Positions 35,629 through 44,507 of a stretch of 64,000 nt of DNA are shown here, one piece after another. A program made the position numbers and the translations under genes. How positions within the stretch are numbered: the first letter of the stretch is position 1; each line of letters starts with the position of its first letter. Location of the stretch: contig JAEZJG010000021.1 of assembly GCA_023415795.1 (NCBI GenBank), forward strand, positions 28,876 through 92,875, read 5' to 3'. A model generated the notes under the pieces. That model did no database searches and was not told where the DNA came from. It saw nothing but the letters and a program-made list of their open reading frames with translations. This DNA comes from Bacillota bacterium. GTDB taxonomy: Bacteria; Bacillota; Clostridia; Christensenellales; SZUA-584.

Positions 35629-36056
35629 AGATACTTGTGATCAACGGGCCCAATATCAACATGCTGGGGCAGCGCGAGCCGGATGTATACGGCAGGCAGG
35701 ATTATGCGGCGCTGAAGGCGGGGCTGGCCGATTTCGCGCGTTCCCACAACGTTGAGATCGACGAATACCAGTCCAACATTGAGGGCGAGCTGGTCACGAA
35801 GATACAGCAGGCTCAAGGGCTCTACGACGGCATCGTCATCAACCCTGGCGCGTACACGCACTACAGCATCGCGATACTGGACGCGCTCAAAGCCGTCACC
35901 GTGCCCGCCATTGAGGTGCACCTCTCCAACATCCACGCGCGCGAAGACTTCCGCCACAAGTCGGTAACGGCAGCAGGCTGTGTCGGCCAGATTTCCGGCC
36001 TTGGGTTTGATTCGTATTTTCTTGCGGTGCTCGGGCTGATAAGCCGGGTGAAATAG
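35625..36056 (+). CDS. aroQ: Type II 3-dehydroquinate dehydratase
   Basis: 143 aa. ILVINGPNINMLG.REP..YG, NPGAYTHYSIAI.DA, EVHLSNIHAREDFR. Confidence 0.9.
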   Translation: MKILVINGPNINMLGQREPDVYGRQDYAALKAGLADFARSHNVEIDEYQSNIEGELVTKIQQAQGLYDGIVINPGAYTHYSIAILDALKAVTVPAIEVHLSNIHAREDFRHKSVTAAGCVGQISGLGFDSYFLAVLGLISRVK

Positions 36057-36067
36057 CAAGGGAACCG

Positions 36068-36958
36068 TTAATATAAATCTATATAATTGCTTAAAAAGTA
36101 ACGGCGCGGCTCATACTTCAGTTCCGGTTTGATTCCCTTATTAAATTGTTCGTGTACTCTTTCTAATAAAGCTACTTGGTCTTTAATCTTCCAGCCGTTT
36201 TCTTTGTACATTTCTTTCTTATACCTAATTATTTCATTATAACTTTTTTCATATTCTTCATTTGTTAAATATTCTTTATATGTAATTAGTATGATTGCTA
36301 AAATGTCTTCCTGTACGTCATACACTCGTATTAGTTCTTCAGTATGTTCTTTAATTTTCTCTAAATTATTTGTATAGTAATATATCATTAGTATATTAAC
36401 TAAGTCGGCATGGATAGTATTATTAATCTCGTTTAGCAGATAATCAGCGATCTCATTTGCTTCATTCAATTTACCCAATCTCATTAAGCAAAGAGCATAA
36501 TTTATATATACATAATCGTCTTCAAATGAATTCTTTGAGTAGTAATGATCATAAGCTTTTCTCAAGTGCATTTCAGCAGACTCAAAATCCTCCATTCCCA
36601 TGAATATACATCCCATTACAAAATAATCATCAATACATAGATCGCTTTTTGCTATTTGATGTTGAATCTCTTTTGCTTTTCCATACTCCTTTTTCGCATA
36701 ATGTATATCCCTTAACAACCTTAACGATGATACGTTAGTCTTAAGCCGTAGTGCTTCCGCGCAGTATTTAGAAGATTTCTTAAAGGTGCTTAATTCATAC
36801 CAAAATGGATTCAACTCTTCACATTTAAAGTAGTACCAAGCCAAGTTATTATAAGTAATGAATGAAGGATTTTTCTTTGCATTCAATATAAAATATTTCT
36901 TTGCATTTTTATAGCTGCTATTTAGTTCCGAGATCGCAAGATTATTAATTTCTTTCAT
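36068..36958 (-). CDS. Hypothetical TPR-like repeat protein, low-GC orphan
   Basis: The gene is strongly AT-rich, unlike its neighbours. Helical repeats have TPR-like spacing (YGKAKEIQHQIA..., FESAEMHLRKAYDHY, LGKLNEANEIADYLL). The probable ATG at 36958 lies 6 nt after AAGGA. The ORF-track TTG start is at 36979. Confidence 0.6.
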   Translation of the reverse strand: MKEINNLAISELNSSYKNAKKYFILNAKKNPSFITYNNLAWYYFKCEELNPFWYELSTFKKSSKYCAEALRLKTNVSSLRLLRDIHYAKKEYGKAKEIQHQIAKSDLCIDDYFVMGCIFMGMEDFESAEMHLRKAYDHYYSKNSFEDDYVYINYALCLMRLGKLNEANEIADYLLNEINNTIHADLVNILMIYYYTNNLEKIKEHTEELIRVYDVQEDILAIILITYKEYLTNEEYEKSYNEIIRYKKEMYKENGWKIKDQVALLERVHEQFNKGIKPELKYEPRRYFLSNYIDLY

Positions 36959-37049
36959 CGACATTCCTTGCTTACTCAACTACTTATTCCTTTCTGGCCA
37001 CCACGGCATGGCACGTTATGCGGTTATCAAGAAATTGGGTTATTAATAT

Positions 37050-37078
37050 ATTGTATCATATTTCTTCCCTTTTAGGAA
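37050..37078 (-). promoter_or_regulatory. Candidate extended -10 promoter for the TPR orphan
   Basis: Minus strand reads TGATACAAT (TGn + TACAAT) with a weak -35, TTCCTA. Confidence 0.3.
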
Positions 37079-37159
37079 AGCTATTACTGTGTGATGCACT
37101 CCTCGTCTGCCATCCCAAATTGGTACGACAGCGGCAGAGAGCGGTGCTGATAAACCGAA

Positions 37160-37199
37160 ACAAAAAGGGCTGAGCTTGCGCTGCTGCAAGTCCAGCCCC
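37160..37199 (-). terminator. Intrinsic terminator of the padR-DUF1700-DUF4097 operon
   Basis: Minus strand reads GGGCTGGACTTGCagcagcGCAAGCTCAGCCCTTTTTG. Confidence 0.65.
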
Positions 37200-37265
37200 T
37201 TATCATTATGTTGACTTTATATTCGCGACTACTTCTTTCTCACCTTGATACCGTAACAGATACCT

Positions 37266-38255
37266 CTACTTGCTCTTGGTCACGCTGATGCCGCCGGACA
37301 CTGTGGACAGCTCCACAGCGGAACCGCCGCCGTTCACCGCGCCCTTGATATCCTCACCCACCACGCTCTTGGACAGCTTGCCGCTCACCGTTATGTCGAA
37401 GTCAGTGTTAAAGCCGCCTGAGGTTGAGTTGACATTGAGCATAAACGCCGCATTGGGATTCAGTGCCACATTGATGCTGCCGCTGATGTTGTGTATACGA
37501 ATGGGTTGAATATCCTCCTGTGATTGTACCACAGAGGCGTTGCCCGAGGTGTTGTTGATATCCACCGAACCCGCCGCGTCTGAGACACGCACCGTGCCGG
37601 ACACACTGCCCGCATTCACCGAACCGCTTACGCCATCCACCGTCACATCGCCTGATGTGGTATTCGCCGCCACACTTTCAAACGCCAGATCAGCCGCATT
37701 CACTTGACCTGATACTACATTGATATTGAGAGTGCTGCCCGCGCAATCCTTGATATCCACCGAACCGCTCGCGCTGTTGACTGACAGCTTGCCAAAGCGA
37801 ATGCCATCAATCTGCGCGGAAGCCGATGCGCCCGATATGACTGTATCCAGCCCCAAATCCGCCGGCAAATACACCGTCAGCACCATATCACCGCTCACAT
37901 ACTGCGGATAGATCGTGTCGATATCCGATCTTACCGTCAACGTACCGCCCTCGTTCTTAACCGACAGAAACTCTTCCTGCTCCTTGTTGGTAACAATACG
38001 CCCCGTGAGCGTGGCATGAGCCTCTCCCGTCTTCACATAGATGCGGCCGGACACGTTTTCGATGTTGAGGCGGGTCACACCGTCCAGATCAAAGTCCGCT
38101 TTCTCATCCACATCAATGGTTATGCCGCTGACTATGTTCTTGAGGTTCAGCGGGCCGCCGCCTTTATACATCACACCGAATGTCACCGCTGCGCCAATGA
38201 TGCAAACCACCATAACCGCCGTGACGATCAATACTACTTTTGTCGTTTTACTCAT
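37266..38255 (-). CDS. DUF4097-family beta-strand repeat protein (putative cell-surface/adhesin-like)
   Basis: 329 aa. N-terminal TM anchor, then repeated SG.V.V...SG.V units (TSGDVTVDGVSGSVNAGSVSGTVRVSD...). Confidence 0.7.
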   Translation of the reverse strand: MSKTTKVVLIVTAVMVVCIIGAAVTFGVMYKGGGPLNLKNIVSGITIDVDEKADFDLDGVTRLNIENVSGRIYVKTGEAHATLTGRIVTNKEQEEFLSVKNEGGTLTVRSDIDTIYPQYVSGDMVLTVYLPADLGLDTVISGASASAQIDGIRFGKLSVNSASGSVDIKDCAGSTLNINVVSGQVNAADLAFESVAANTTSGDVTVDGVSGSVNAGSVSGTVRVSDAAGSVDINNTSGNASVVQSQEDIQPIRIHNISGSINVALNPNAAFMLNVNSTSGGFNTDFDITVSGKLSKSVVGEDIKGAVNGGGSAVELSTVSGGISVTKSK

Positions 38256-38817
38256 TGTCCTGCCTCCTGAGCTTGATAGAAATTCTATTTAAAAATTCCA
38301 TATTTGCTTTTTTGAACAATCGCGCCAGCTGCAAGGTGCCAATGAACGCCAGTATGCCCAGGCACAAAACCGCAATGCCCGCCAGCGTCCCGATGACGAT
38401 ACCGGCTGGCCCCACTATCCCCGCATACGGGATGCTTGCCACAACAGCAGCCAGACCCGCCAGCCCGATGGAAACCGCCGTCACGTAGAACGCCGAAATG
38501 ATAATGTATCCCACCACCACCACGCACAGCACATACAGGAAGTTGATGGTGCCCAGAGCTGCCGACGACACAAACGCCCGCGCCATCGACTTGGGCGATG
38601 CTTTCGCATTGGCCGTGGCAATGCAGCTTTGCGCCCAGTATTCCTTCCCCAGCTTTTTGGGATCTCCCAGATGAGCCACTATCGCCTCTGCGCTTTCACC
38701 GTCTCGCGCAGCGCAGTCGAAGTATTCAGCAATGTCCGCCAATATCTCTTCCCGCTCGGAGCTCTTTAGCTTAACCAGTTCTGCGGAAAGCTGTCTTAAA
38801 TATTGCTCCTTATTCAC
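38248..38817 (-). CDS. DUF1700-domain membrane protein
   Basis: 189 aa. [15 protein letters not shown]...EREEIL.DI.EYF....GESAE.I...LGDP..L..EY, followed by 3 TM helices. Confidence 0.7.
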   Translation of the reverse strand: MNKEQYLRQLSAELVKLKSSEREEILADIAEYFDCAARDGESAEAIVAHLGDPKKLGKEYWAQSCIATANAKASPKSMARAFVSSAALGTINFLYVLCVVVVGYIIISAFYVTAVSIGLAGLAAVVASIPYAGIVGPAGIVIGTLAGIAVLCLGILAFIGTLQLARLFKKANMEFLNRISIKLRRQDNE

Positions 38818-39127
38818 TGTACCCTCCTACGATCATCTCGACGCCCTCAACGAATGTGCGCCAGTCATTCAAATACTCTATCCGCTTCTCTTCACCCTTG
38901 GCCGTCAGTTGATAATATTTCCTTGGCGGACCCTCGGTGGATTCCTTTAGATAGGTGGTCATATAGCCTTCATTTTGCAGCCGCCGCAGCAGCGGATATA
39001 TCGTGCCCTCCGATATCTCGATGCTTTTGGATATCTTCGCGACCAATTCATAACCATACCGGTCTCCCGTTCTGACAAGCTCCAGCACGCAGAGTTCAAG
39101 AACGCCCTTCTTTAATTGTGTATTCAC
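38810..39127 (-). CDS. PadR-family transcriptional regulator
   Basis: 105 aa. [17 protein letters not shown]......[21 protein letters not shown]. Confidence 0.85.
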   Translation of the reverse strand: MNTQLKKGVLELCVLELVRTGDRYGYELVAKISKSIEISEGTIYPLLRRLQNEGYMTTYLKESTEGPPRKYYQLTAKGEEKRIEYLNDWRTFVEGVEMIVGGYSE

Positions 39128-39151
39128 GCCGTCCTCCCTTCTTTAAGGTGT

Positions 39152-39180
39152 ATTATACCACTTGGTATCTTTTCTTACAA
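39152..39180 (-). promoter_or_regulatory. Candidate padR operon promoter (TTGTAA-N17-TATAAT, with TG extension)
   Basis: Reverse complement of 39175-39180 is TTGTAA and of 39152-39157 is TATAAT, preceded by TGG. Confidence 0.5.
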
Positions 39181-39278
39181 GGTACTGCTATTAAAAAAAT
39201 AACTGTAACTTCAAATGCAGTATATCACACGGTACTGTTTATTGCAATATAGCAATTTAAAATTTTTTGCGGAAATTT

Positions 39279-39310
39279 AAAGCCGCTCTCCAAAACGGAA
39301 AAGCGGCTTT
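39279..39310 (-). terminator. Hairpin terminator after hflC (A/T-flanked on both sides)
   Basis: AAAGCCGCT-ctccaaaacggaa-AGCGGCTTT. Confidence 0.45.
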
Positions 39311-39349
39311 AGTCAGCATTGTGTCAATGTATTCGAAGCGGCATCCTCG

Positions 39350-40231
39350 TCACGAGCCCATGAGCAGCCTTGCCAGCACCGAGTCGCGCCCCAGCACCAC
39401 TGTCTTGTTATTACCCTGCAGCGAGGCTTTCAGTGCGTCCAGCGCCAGCATATACTCGTAGAAGCTGCGCTTGTCGTCCGAGTTATAAGCCTCAGCCAGC
39501 ATACGCATATACTCCTGCTCGCCCTCCGCCTCAATCTTGGCTGCCTGTGCGTCTGCGTTGGAGATGATGATGTTCACCTGCTTGTCCACATCGTTGCGAA
39601 TGATCGACGCTTCATATTCGCCGTCGGCAGCAAACTTCTCGGATATCTGATTGCGTTCGGAGATCATACGCGAATACACCGCCTGCTCGTTCGCTTCGGG
39701 CAAGTCAAACCGCTTGATCTTGACATCCACCACCTCAATACCGTAGTTCTGGGCAATGGTGTCCACATTGAACGCAATACCCGCATAGATGTCGTTGCGC
39801 TCCGAGGCCTCGTCCTCATTGATGATATCCGTCTGTGCCAGCGTGCCCATGATGTTCTTCAGCGCGTTATATGTCATTGCATCCAAACGTTCCTCAGCAA
39901 CACCCACACTGCCCAGCGTCTGGAAAAACTTCAGCGGCTCAGAAATGCGCCACAGCACGTAGCTGTCCACCGTCATGTTCTGCTTGTCTGCCGTCAGCAC
40001 CTCCGATGGCGGTATGTCGTAATACATGATCGCCTTGGGGAAGGTTCTGACACTGTCCACAAACGGCGTCTTAAAATATATCCCCGGCTCTTCTATGGTG
40101 GATATGATCTTGGAGAACCGTACCACGCAGGCGTATTCGTTTTCCGGCACCACATAGAAGCTGGATAAGCCAATGATGATCAGCACGATTGCGAGAATAG
40201 TGAGCATCACCTTAATGATTGTCTTTTTCAT
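39350..40231 (-). CDS. hflC: SPFH/band-7 protease modulator HflC-like
   Basis: 293 aa. N-terminal TM helix and SPFH domain (YVVPENEYA.V.RF.KI...GIYFK.PF.D.V). Its ATG overlaps the hflK stop (TAATG). Confidence 0.8.
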   Translation of the reverse strand: MKKTIIKVMLTILAIVLIIIGLSSFYVVPENEYACVVRFSKIISTIEEPGIYFKTPFVDSVRTFPKAIMYYDIPPSEVLTADKQNMTVDSYVLWRISEPLKFFQTLGSVGVAEERLDAMTYNALKNIMGTLAQTDIINEDEASERNDIYAGIAFNVDTIAQNYGIEVVDVKIKRFDLPEANEQAVYSRMISERNQISEKFAADGEYEASIIRNDVDKQVNIIISNADAQAAKIEAEGEQEYMRMLAEAYNSDDKRSFYEYMLALDALKASLQGNNKTVVLGRDSVLARLLMGS

Positions 40232-41223
40232 TATTCTGCACCCCCCTGCTGCGGTACTGTCGTGGAATCGCCCATAAAGCTTTCCAGCGGCAGCATCATC
40301 TCCACACCGTTTTCCGAGGTGTTGATGAATATCTTCACACCGGGCAGCATGTCCGTGATGATCTCGTAGTACATGCGCGAGCGGGTGATCTGCGGATTGT
40401 TGACATACTCACTGTACATCGCTTCAAACATGGCAATCTTCTCTGTTGCGTCATTGATGCGGCTCTGCTTGAGGAACGCCGCGTTCTGCAGCGCTTTGTC
40501 AGCCTGTGCCTGTGCCTTGGGCAGCTCGGCATTCTGATACGCCTTGGCCTCGTTGACCACCGTTTCGGCTCCCTGCTTCGCTGTTTCCACCTGCTTGAAC
40601 GCAGCAGTTACTTCGTCCGTGGGCGGGTCACTGTCCTGTATCTTCACATCTGTCAGCATCAGCCCGATGTCGTACTTGCTCAGCACATTGGCGATAAGCT
40701 CTTTCACCTGCTGCTGGATGAGCTCCTTGCCGTTGGTCAGCACCGCATCCACATTGGTGGAACCCACCACGTTACGCACCTGGCTCTGCACCAGATTGCG
40801 CAGTATCACCTCAGGCTCATAAGACGAATACAGGTATTTGACCGGGTCAGACACCTTGTATTCCACGAAGAACTCTACATTAACGATGTTATAGTCCCCC
40901 GTTATCATCTTACTCTCGGTCTCCACCAGCTCAAAGCCCGCGTCATTTTGTGCCTCAGTACGGTAACCCAGCTCTATTTTCTGATAGACGTTTACATCCA
41001 CCTTGTGCGCTTCCTGAATGCCGAAGGGCAGCATGAAGTGGATGCCGGCATCTGTGACGTCTGTCACCTTGCCAAACGTCGTCACCACCGCCTGCTGCTT
41101 ATCATCCACCGTATACCAGCTCGTCGCCAAGATCGCAATCAGCACCACGGCCACGATACCCACAATTATGAATCTCTTAATTCTGCTCCAGTCGGGTTTT
41201 GTACCCTTTGGGTTCAATGCCAT
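40231..41223 (-). CDS. hflK: SPFH/band-7 protease modulator HflK-like
   Basis: SPFH domain (WYTVDDKQQAVVTTFGKV...GIHFMLPFGI). The probable start MALNPKG at 41223 lies 6 nt after AAGAGG. The ORF-track start is at 41271. Confidence 0.8.
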   Translation of the reverse strand: MALNPKGTKPDWSRIKRFIIVGIVAVVLIAILATSWYTVDDKQQAVVTTFGKVTDVTDAGIHFMLPFGIQEAHKVDVNVYQKIELGYRTEAQNDAGFELVETESKMITGDYNIVNVEFFVEYKVSDPVKYLYSSYEPEVILRNLVQSQVRNVVGSTNVDAVLTNGKELIQQQVKELIANVLSKYDIGLMLTDVKIQDSDPPTDEVTAAFKQVETAKQGAETVVNEAKAYQNAELPKAQAQADKALQNAAFLKQSRINDATEKIAMFEAMYSEYVNNPQITRSRMYYEIITDMLPGVKIFINTSENGVEMMLPLESFMGDSTTVPQQGGAE

Positions 41224-41365
41224 CACCATCCTCTTTGTTTTCTTATATATTATCATAATTGCGCCAAACATGAAAGAAATTCACGATTATTCAAATGCGA
41301 AGCCTGTCCAGCCTACCCATAAAAAAAAGCGCACCTGCCATTCGCAAACACGCTGCTGCTATCAA

Positions 41366-41743
41366 CTATTGTTTTTTTGTCCCGCAATGGGGGCAGTAGG
41401 CGAAGCTGGGGTCATAAGCCGCTCCGCACCCAGCGCACGTCGCGTAAAACTCGCCTGTAGTGCCAAAGCCGCCGCTCACCTTCTTTAGGCGAGAAAAATC
41501 AAGCTCTGCGCCCCGCTCAAGCTGCTTTCCGTATTCCGAATCTGCCTCATATACTGCGCCGCAGCCGCGCACGCGCACGTAATAACGTTTATTCCACCGA
41601 AACGTGGGAATGAAGAATATGTGAAAGTATGTAAAGTGTACAATCAGCACCGCACGGGAATAACGCCCGCAGTCCGCGCACACAACGTTCGCAAACTCGC
41701 GCAGCTCCTTCTCCTTCTCCTCAATACCTAAAATGAAAAACAT
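41366..41743 (-). CDS. Zinc-ribbon domain protein
   Basis: 125 aa. CADCG...(hydrophobic hairpin)...GCG, and C-terminal CAGCG...CPHCG. Confidence 0.55.
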   Translation of the reverse strand: MFFILGIEEKEKELREFANVVCADCGRYSRAVLIVHFTYFHIFFIPTFRWNKRYYVRVRGCGAVYEADSEYGKQLERGAELDFSRLKKVSGGFGTTGEFYATCAGCGAAYDPSFAYCPHCGTKKQ

Positions 41744-41819
41744 GCGTCCGCACCTCTCTTGTTTACCATTATAGGCGGATTCGCCGCCGCGTCAATCGTC
41801 TTTGGGCATATGCGAACTG

Positions 41820-42695
41820 CTACAAGTAATACTGACCTATAAATTCCACAAGTGCTCTGCCCGCACCGGGCACTGACAGCACCAGCCGATACTGTTTGCC
41901 GTAGAATCTGGCCACGATGGCCTGCGTCTGCCCCGGCGCGATGCTTTTTTGTGTGTCGTGCGCCCAGCGTGACGCGTCAAAGCCTGTCTCTACCGTCACA
42001 AGCAAAGCGTCTGTGCCGCAGTTGGTAACGAAAAACGTCCCCTCCCGGATGCGATCCACGCGCCGCACGACGGAAATGTCCTCCCGCTCAAATTCAATAT
42101 CCCACACTTGGCTTTCCACGCGTATGCCGGAGCTGCCCGGACAACAGCCGCATACGGCGAGAGCGCATATATCAGCCGCACCTGCGCAAGGGCAAACCGG
42201 CGATATTTCGATGTTGTCTGGCGTTTCGTGCCAGTCCAGCATAAGCCGGGGGCATGCGGGCGGCTCTGCCGAAAAGGTGATGAGTGCCGGCATGTTTACG
42301 CTCAAAGCCAAACCAAACGGTGCACTGCCCAGTTCTCGCTGTGCAGCGGTCATCAGCGGCAGTATGTCCACCGTTATCCAGCCGCAGAAGCCCCGTGCCA
42401 CATCAAAAGATGCGCACTCCCGAACCTCCATCGGCGCACCGCACGGCAGCACGGGCTTTACATACACAGTCACTCGTTTGCCGCACAGCCGTGCACACTG
42501 AACAAAAATGCGCAGCTTAGCATCGCACAACCCAACGCAGCCCTCTCTGCCCGCTTCAAAGTATGCGTATGCGGTGCGGGTCTGCCGTCCGACAACGCCT
42601 GTTTGCATTATGCTCGGCAGCAGCCGTTTCTCCGGTGCCGATTTTGTTAATGTATAGCATCTTGCACAACCGCAGACTTCCCTTGTGTTCAGCAT
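41820..42695 (-). CDS. Hypothetical Cys-rich protein
   Basis: 291 aa with about 18 Cys by my count, including the cluster CPCAGAADICALAVCGCCPG. G+C matches the host. No family confidently recognised. Confidence 0.5.
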   Translation of the reverse strand: MLNTREVCGCARCYTLTKSAPEKRLLPSIMQTGVVGRQTRTAYAYFEAGREGCVGLCDAKLRIFVQCARLCGKRVTVYVKPVLPCGAPMEVRECASFDVARGFCGWITVDILPLMTAAQRELGSAPFGLALSVNMPALITFSAEPPACPRLMLDWHETPDNIEISPVCPCAGAADICALAVCGCCPGSSGIRVESQVWDIEFEREDISVVRRVDRIREGTFFVTNCGTDALLVTVETGFDASRWAHDTQKSIAPGQTQAIVARFYGKQYRLVLSVPGAGRALVEFIGQYYL

Positions 42696-42945
42696 TCGAC
42701 ATTACCCCTCTATAGATGATATGACAGAGCCGCTGCTCTTGTTAAATTACGAATGCTGCCCAATGACAGTACATATCATTTAGCCTGTCGGCATTGGCTT
42801 GATGAACCCCTCTCCTTCCAAACCATGCCCACTGTGTCTTATTGCTACGGCTACCCAACCGATTGTGGTCAAACTTTCACTTTTTGCCCTCAAATACACA
42901 AAATATGCCTTTATGTTTTCGCAGTAATGCTTTATAATCGAGAAT

Positions 42946-43575
42946 ATGGAAACGACACTGACAATTACATCCATTGAGCCGCAAAAGAAGAAAAAGGATC
43001 GATACAATATATTTGCGGATGGCGAGTATGTGGCATCTCTGGGAGCCGAAGCGGTTGTCAGACTGAACATCAAATCTGGTGCCGTCATCAGCCAAGATGC
43101 ATTAAACGCGGCGGTGCTGGAGGATAATATAAAATACGCTTTTGACAGTGCCGCCTTGCTGTTGTCGCACAGCATGCGAACCCGGGGCGAGCTGGAGCAG
43201 CGGCTGCGCGATAAGGGCATCGCGGACGAGGCCATTGAACCCGCCATGGACAAGCTAACAGCTTACGGTTATGTGGACGACGCGGCCTACGCCAAGGAGT
43301 TTGTCCAAAGCGCCGTCTCAGTGGGGCGTTGGGGGCGCATTGCCGTCGCTCACCGCCTTCAGGAAAAGCGGCTGGACCGCGCGCTGGTGGACGAAGCCAT
43401 GGCGGCATATACCGACGAGGATGAACGGCGCAACGCACGGGCACAGCTGGACACGCTGATGCGGGGAACCTCCGGCGACGCGCGCAAGCAGCGCCAGAAG
43501 GTATTCGCTTCGCTGACGCGGCATGGCTTTTCGTACGACACCATCAGCTCGATATTTTCGGAGGCAAACGATTGA
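42946..43575 (+). CDS. recX: Recombination regulator RecX
   Basis: 209 aa. RYNIFADGEY......E.V..L.I..G, three helical repeats, YGY.DD..YA..F. Confidence 0.8.
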   Translation: METTLTITSIEPQKKKKDRYNIFADGEYVASLGAEAVVRLNIKSGAVISQDALNAAVLEDNIKYAFDSAALLLSHSMRTRGELEQRLRDKGIADEAIEPAMDKLTAYGYVDDAAYAKEFVQSAVSVGRWGRIAVAHRLQEKRLDRALVDEAMAAYTDEDERRNARAQLDTLMRGTSGDARKQRQKVFASLTRHGFSYDTISSIFSEAND

Positions 43576-44507
43576 GAGAGCAAATCTACCGGCGGCTTAA
43601 AGCGGCCGACGGCTACATATCCGGCGAGGTGATCAGCGAACAGCTTGGCATCACGCGGGCGGCGCTGTGGAAGCACATCCGCGCAATGGAGGCGGACGGC
43701 GCGATCATTGGGAGTGCGAACAAGCGTGGCTACAAGTTGGAAGCTCCGCCTCAAGTGCCGCACACGGCATACGTGGGGTCGCACATACGTCACGATATCC
43801 CGCTGTTCTATAAGCCATCCACCGCATCCACCAACGACGATGCCAAAGCAGCGGCACGAGAGCTGCCCATGGGGGTTTTCATTGCGGGTGAGCAGACGGC
43901 CGGCAAGGGGCGCAAGGGGCGCACGTGGGTGTCTGAGCCCCGAAGCGGCATTTATATGTCGTTCCTTGTGCGTCCCAAAACCGTTCCCGAAAAGGTAGCG
44001 GGGCTGACTCTGGCCGTGGCGGTGGCCATGTGCCATGCGATCGAAAGCGTCACTGACGCCACTGCGCGCATCAAATGGCCCAACGATATTATCGTGGACG
44101 GCAAAAAGTTGGCAGGCATATTGACCGAGAGCATGCTGAACATGGACGGCGTGGACTACGTGGTCTGCGGGATTGGTGTTAACACGCGTCCCGCCTTTGA
44201 GGGCGAGCTGGCGCATACGGCTATCGGCGTATCGGCGAACGGCACGCTGCTGGCTGCGGCAATGATCGATCATTTTTTGGATGCTTACACGCTGTTTGAG
44301 GCAGAGGGGCTTGCGCCGTTTATGGACGAGTTTCGCCGCCGCAGCGCGATAACAGGAGCCGTTACCGTGTCATCCGCTGCACAAAGCGCATCAGGTCAGC
44401 TCGTCGGCTTCGACGATGACGGGGCGCTGCTGCTGAACGTGAACGGTGAGACGCAACGTTATGTGGCGGGCGAGGTTTCGCTCAGAGGAGATAAAGGCTA
44501 TGTATAG
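43572..44507 (+). CDS. birA: Bifunctional biotin--[acetyl-CoA-carboxylase] ligase / repressor BirA
   Basis: 311 aa. N-terminal HTH (YISGEVISEQLGITRAALWKHIRAMEADG) and ligase motifs GRGRxGR-like (GKGRKGRTW) and KWPNDI. TTG start. Confidence 0.85.
   Translation: MREQIYRRLKAADGYISGEVISEQLGITRAALWKHIRAMEADGAIIGSANKRGYKLEAPPQVPHTAYVGSHIRHDIPLFYKPSTASTNDDAKAAARELPMGVFIAGEQTAGKGRKGRTWVSEPRSGIYMSFLVRPKTVPEKVAGLTLAVAVAMCHAIESVTDATARIKWPNDIIVDGKKLAGILTESMLNMDGVDYVVCGIGVNTRPAFEGELAHTAIGVSANGTLLAAAMIDHFLDAYTLFEAEGLAPFMDEFRRRSAITGAVTVSSAAQSASGQLVGFDDDGALLLNVNGETQRYVAGEVSLRGDKGYV

Noticed and set aside
36057-37160. The low-GC TPR islet as a mobile element or defence system.
   Set aside because: It is a single gene with no recombinase, flanking direct or inverted repeats, or partner genes. 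I report it only as a compositionally foreign orphan.
41272-41365. A possible intrinsic terminator after the zinc-ribbon gene (minus-strand T8 run at 41322-41329).
   Set aside because: I could not find a convincing stem of at least 5 bp immediately upstream of the T-run.
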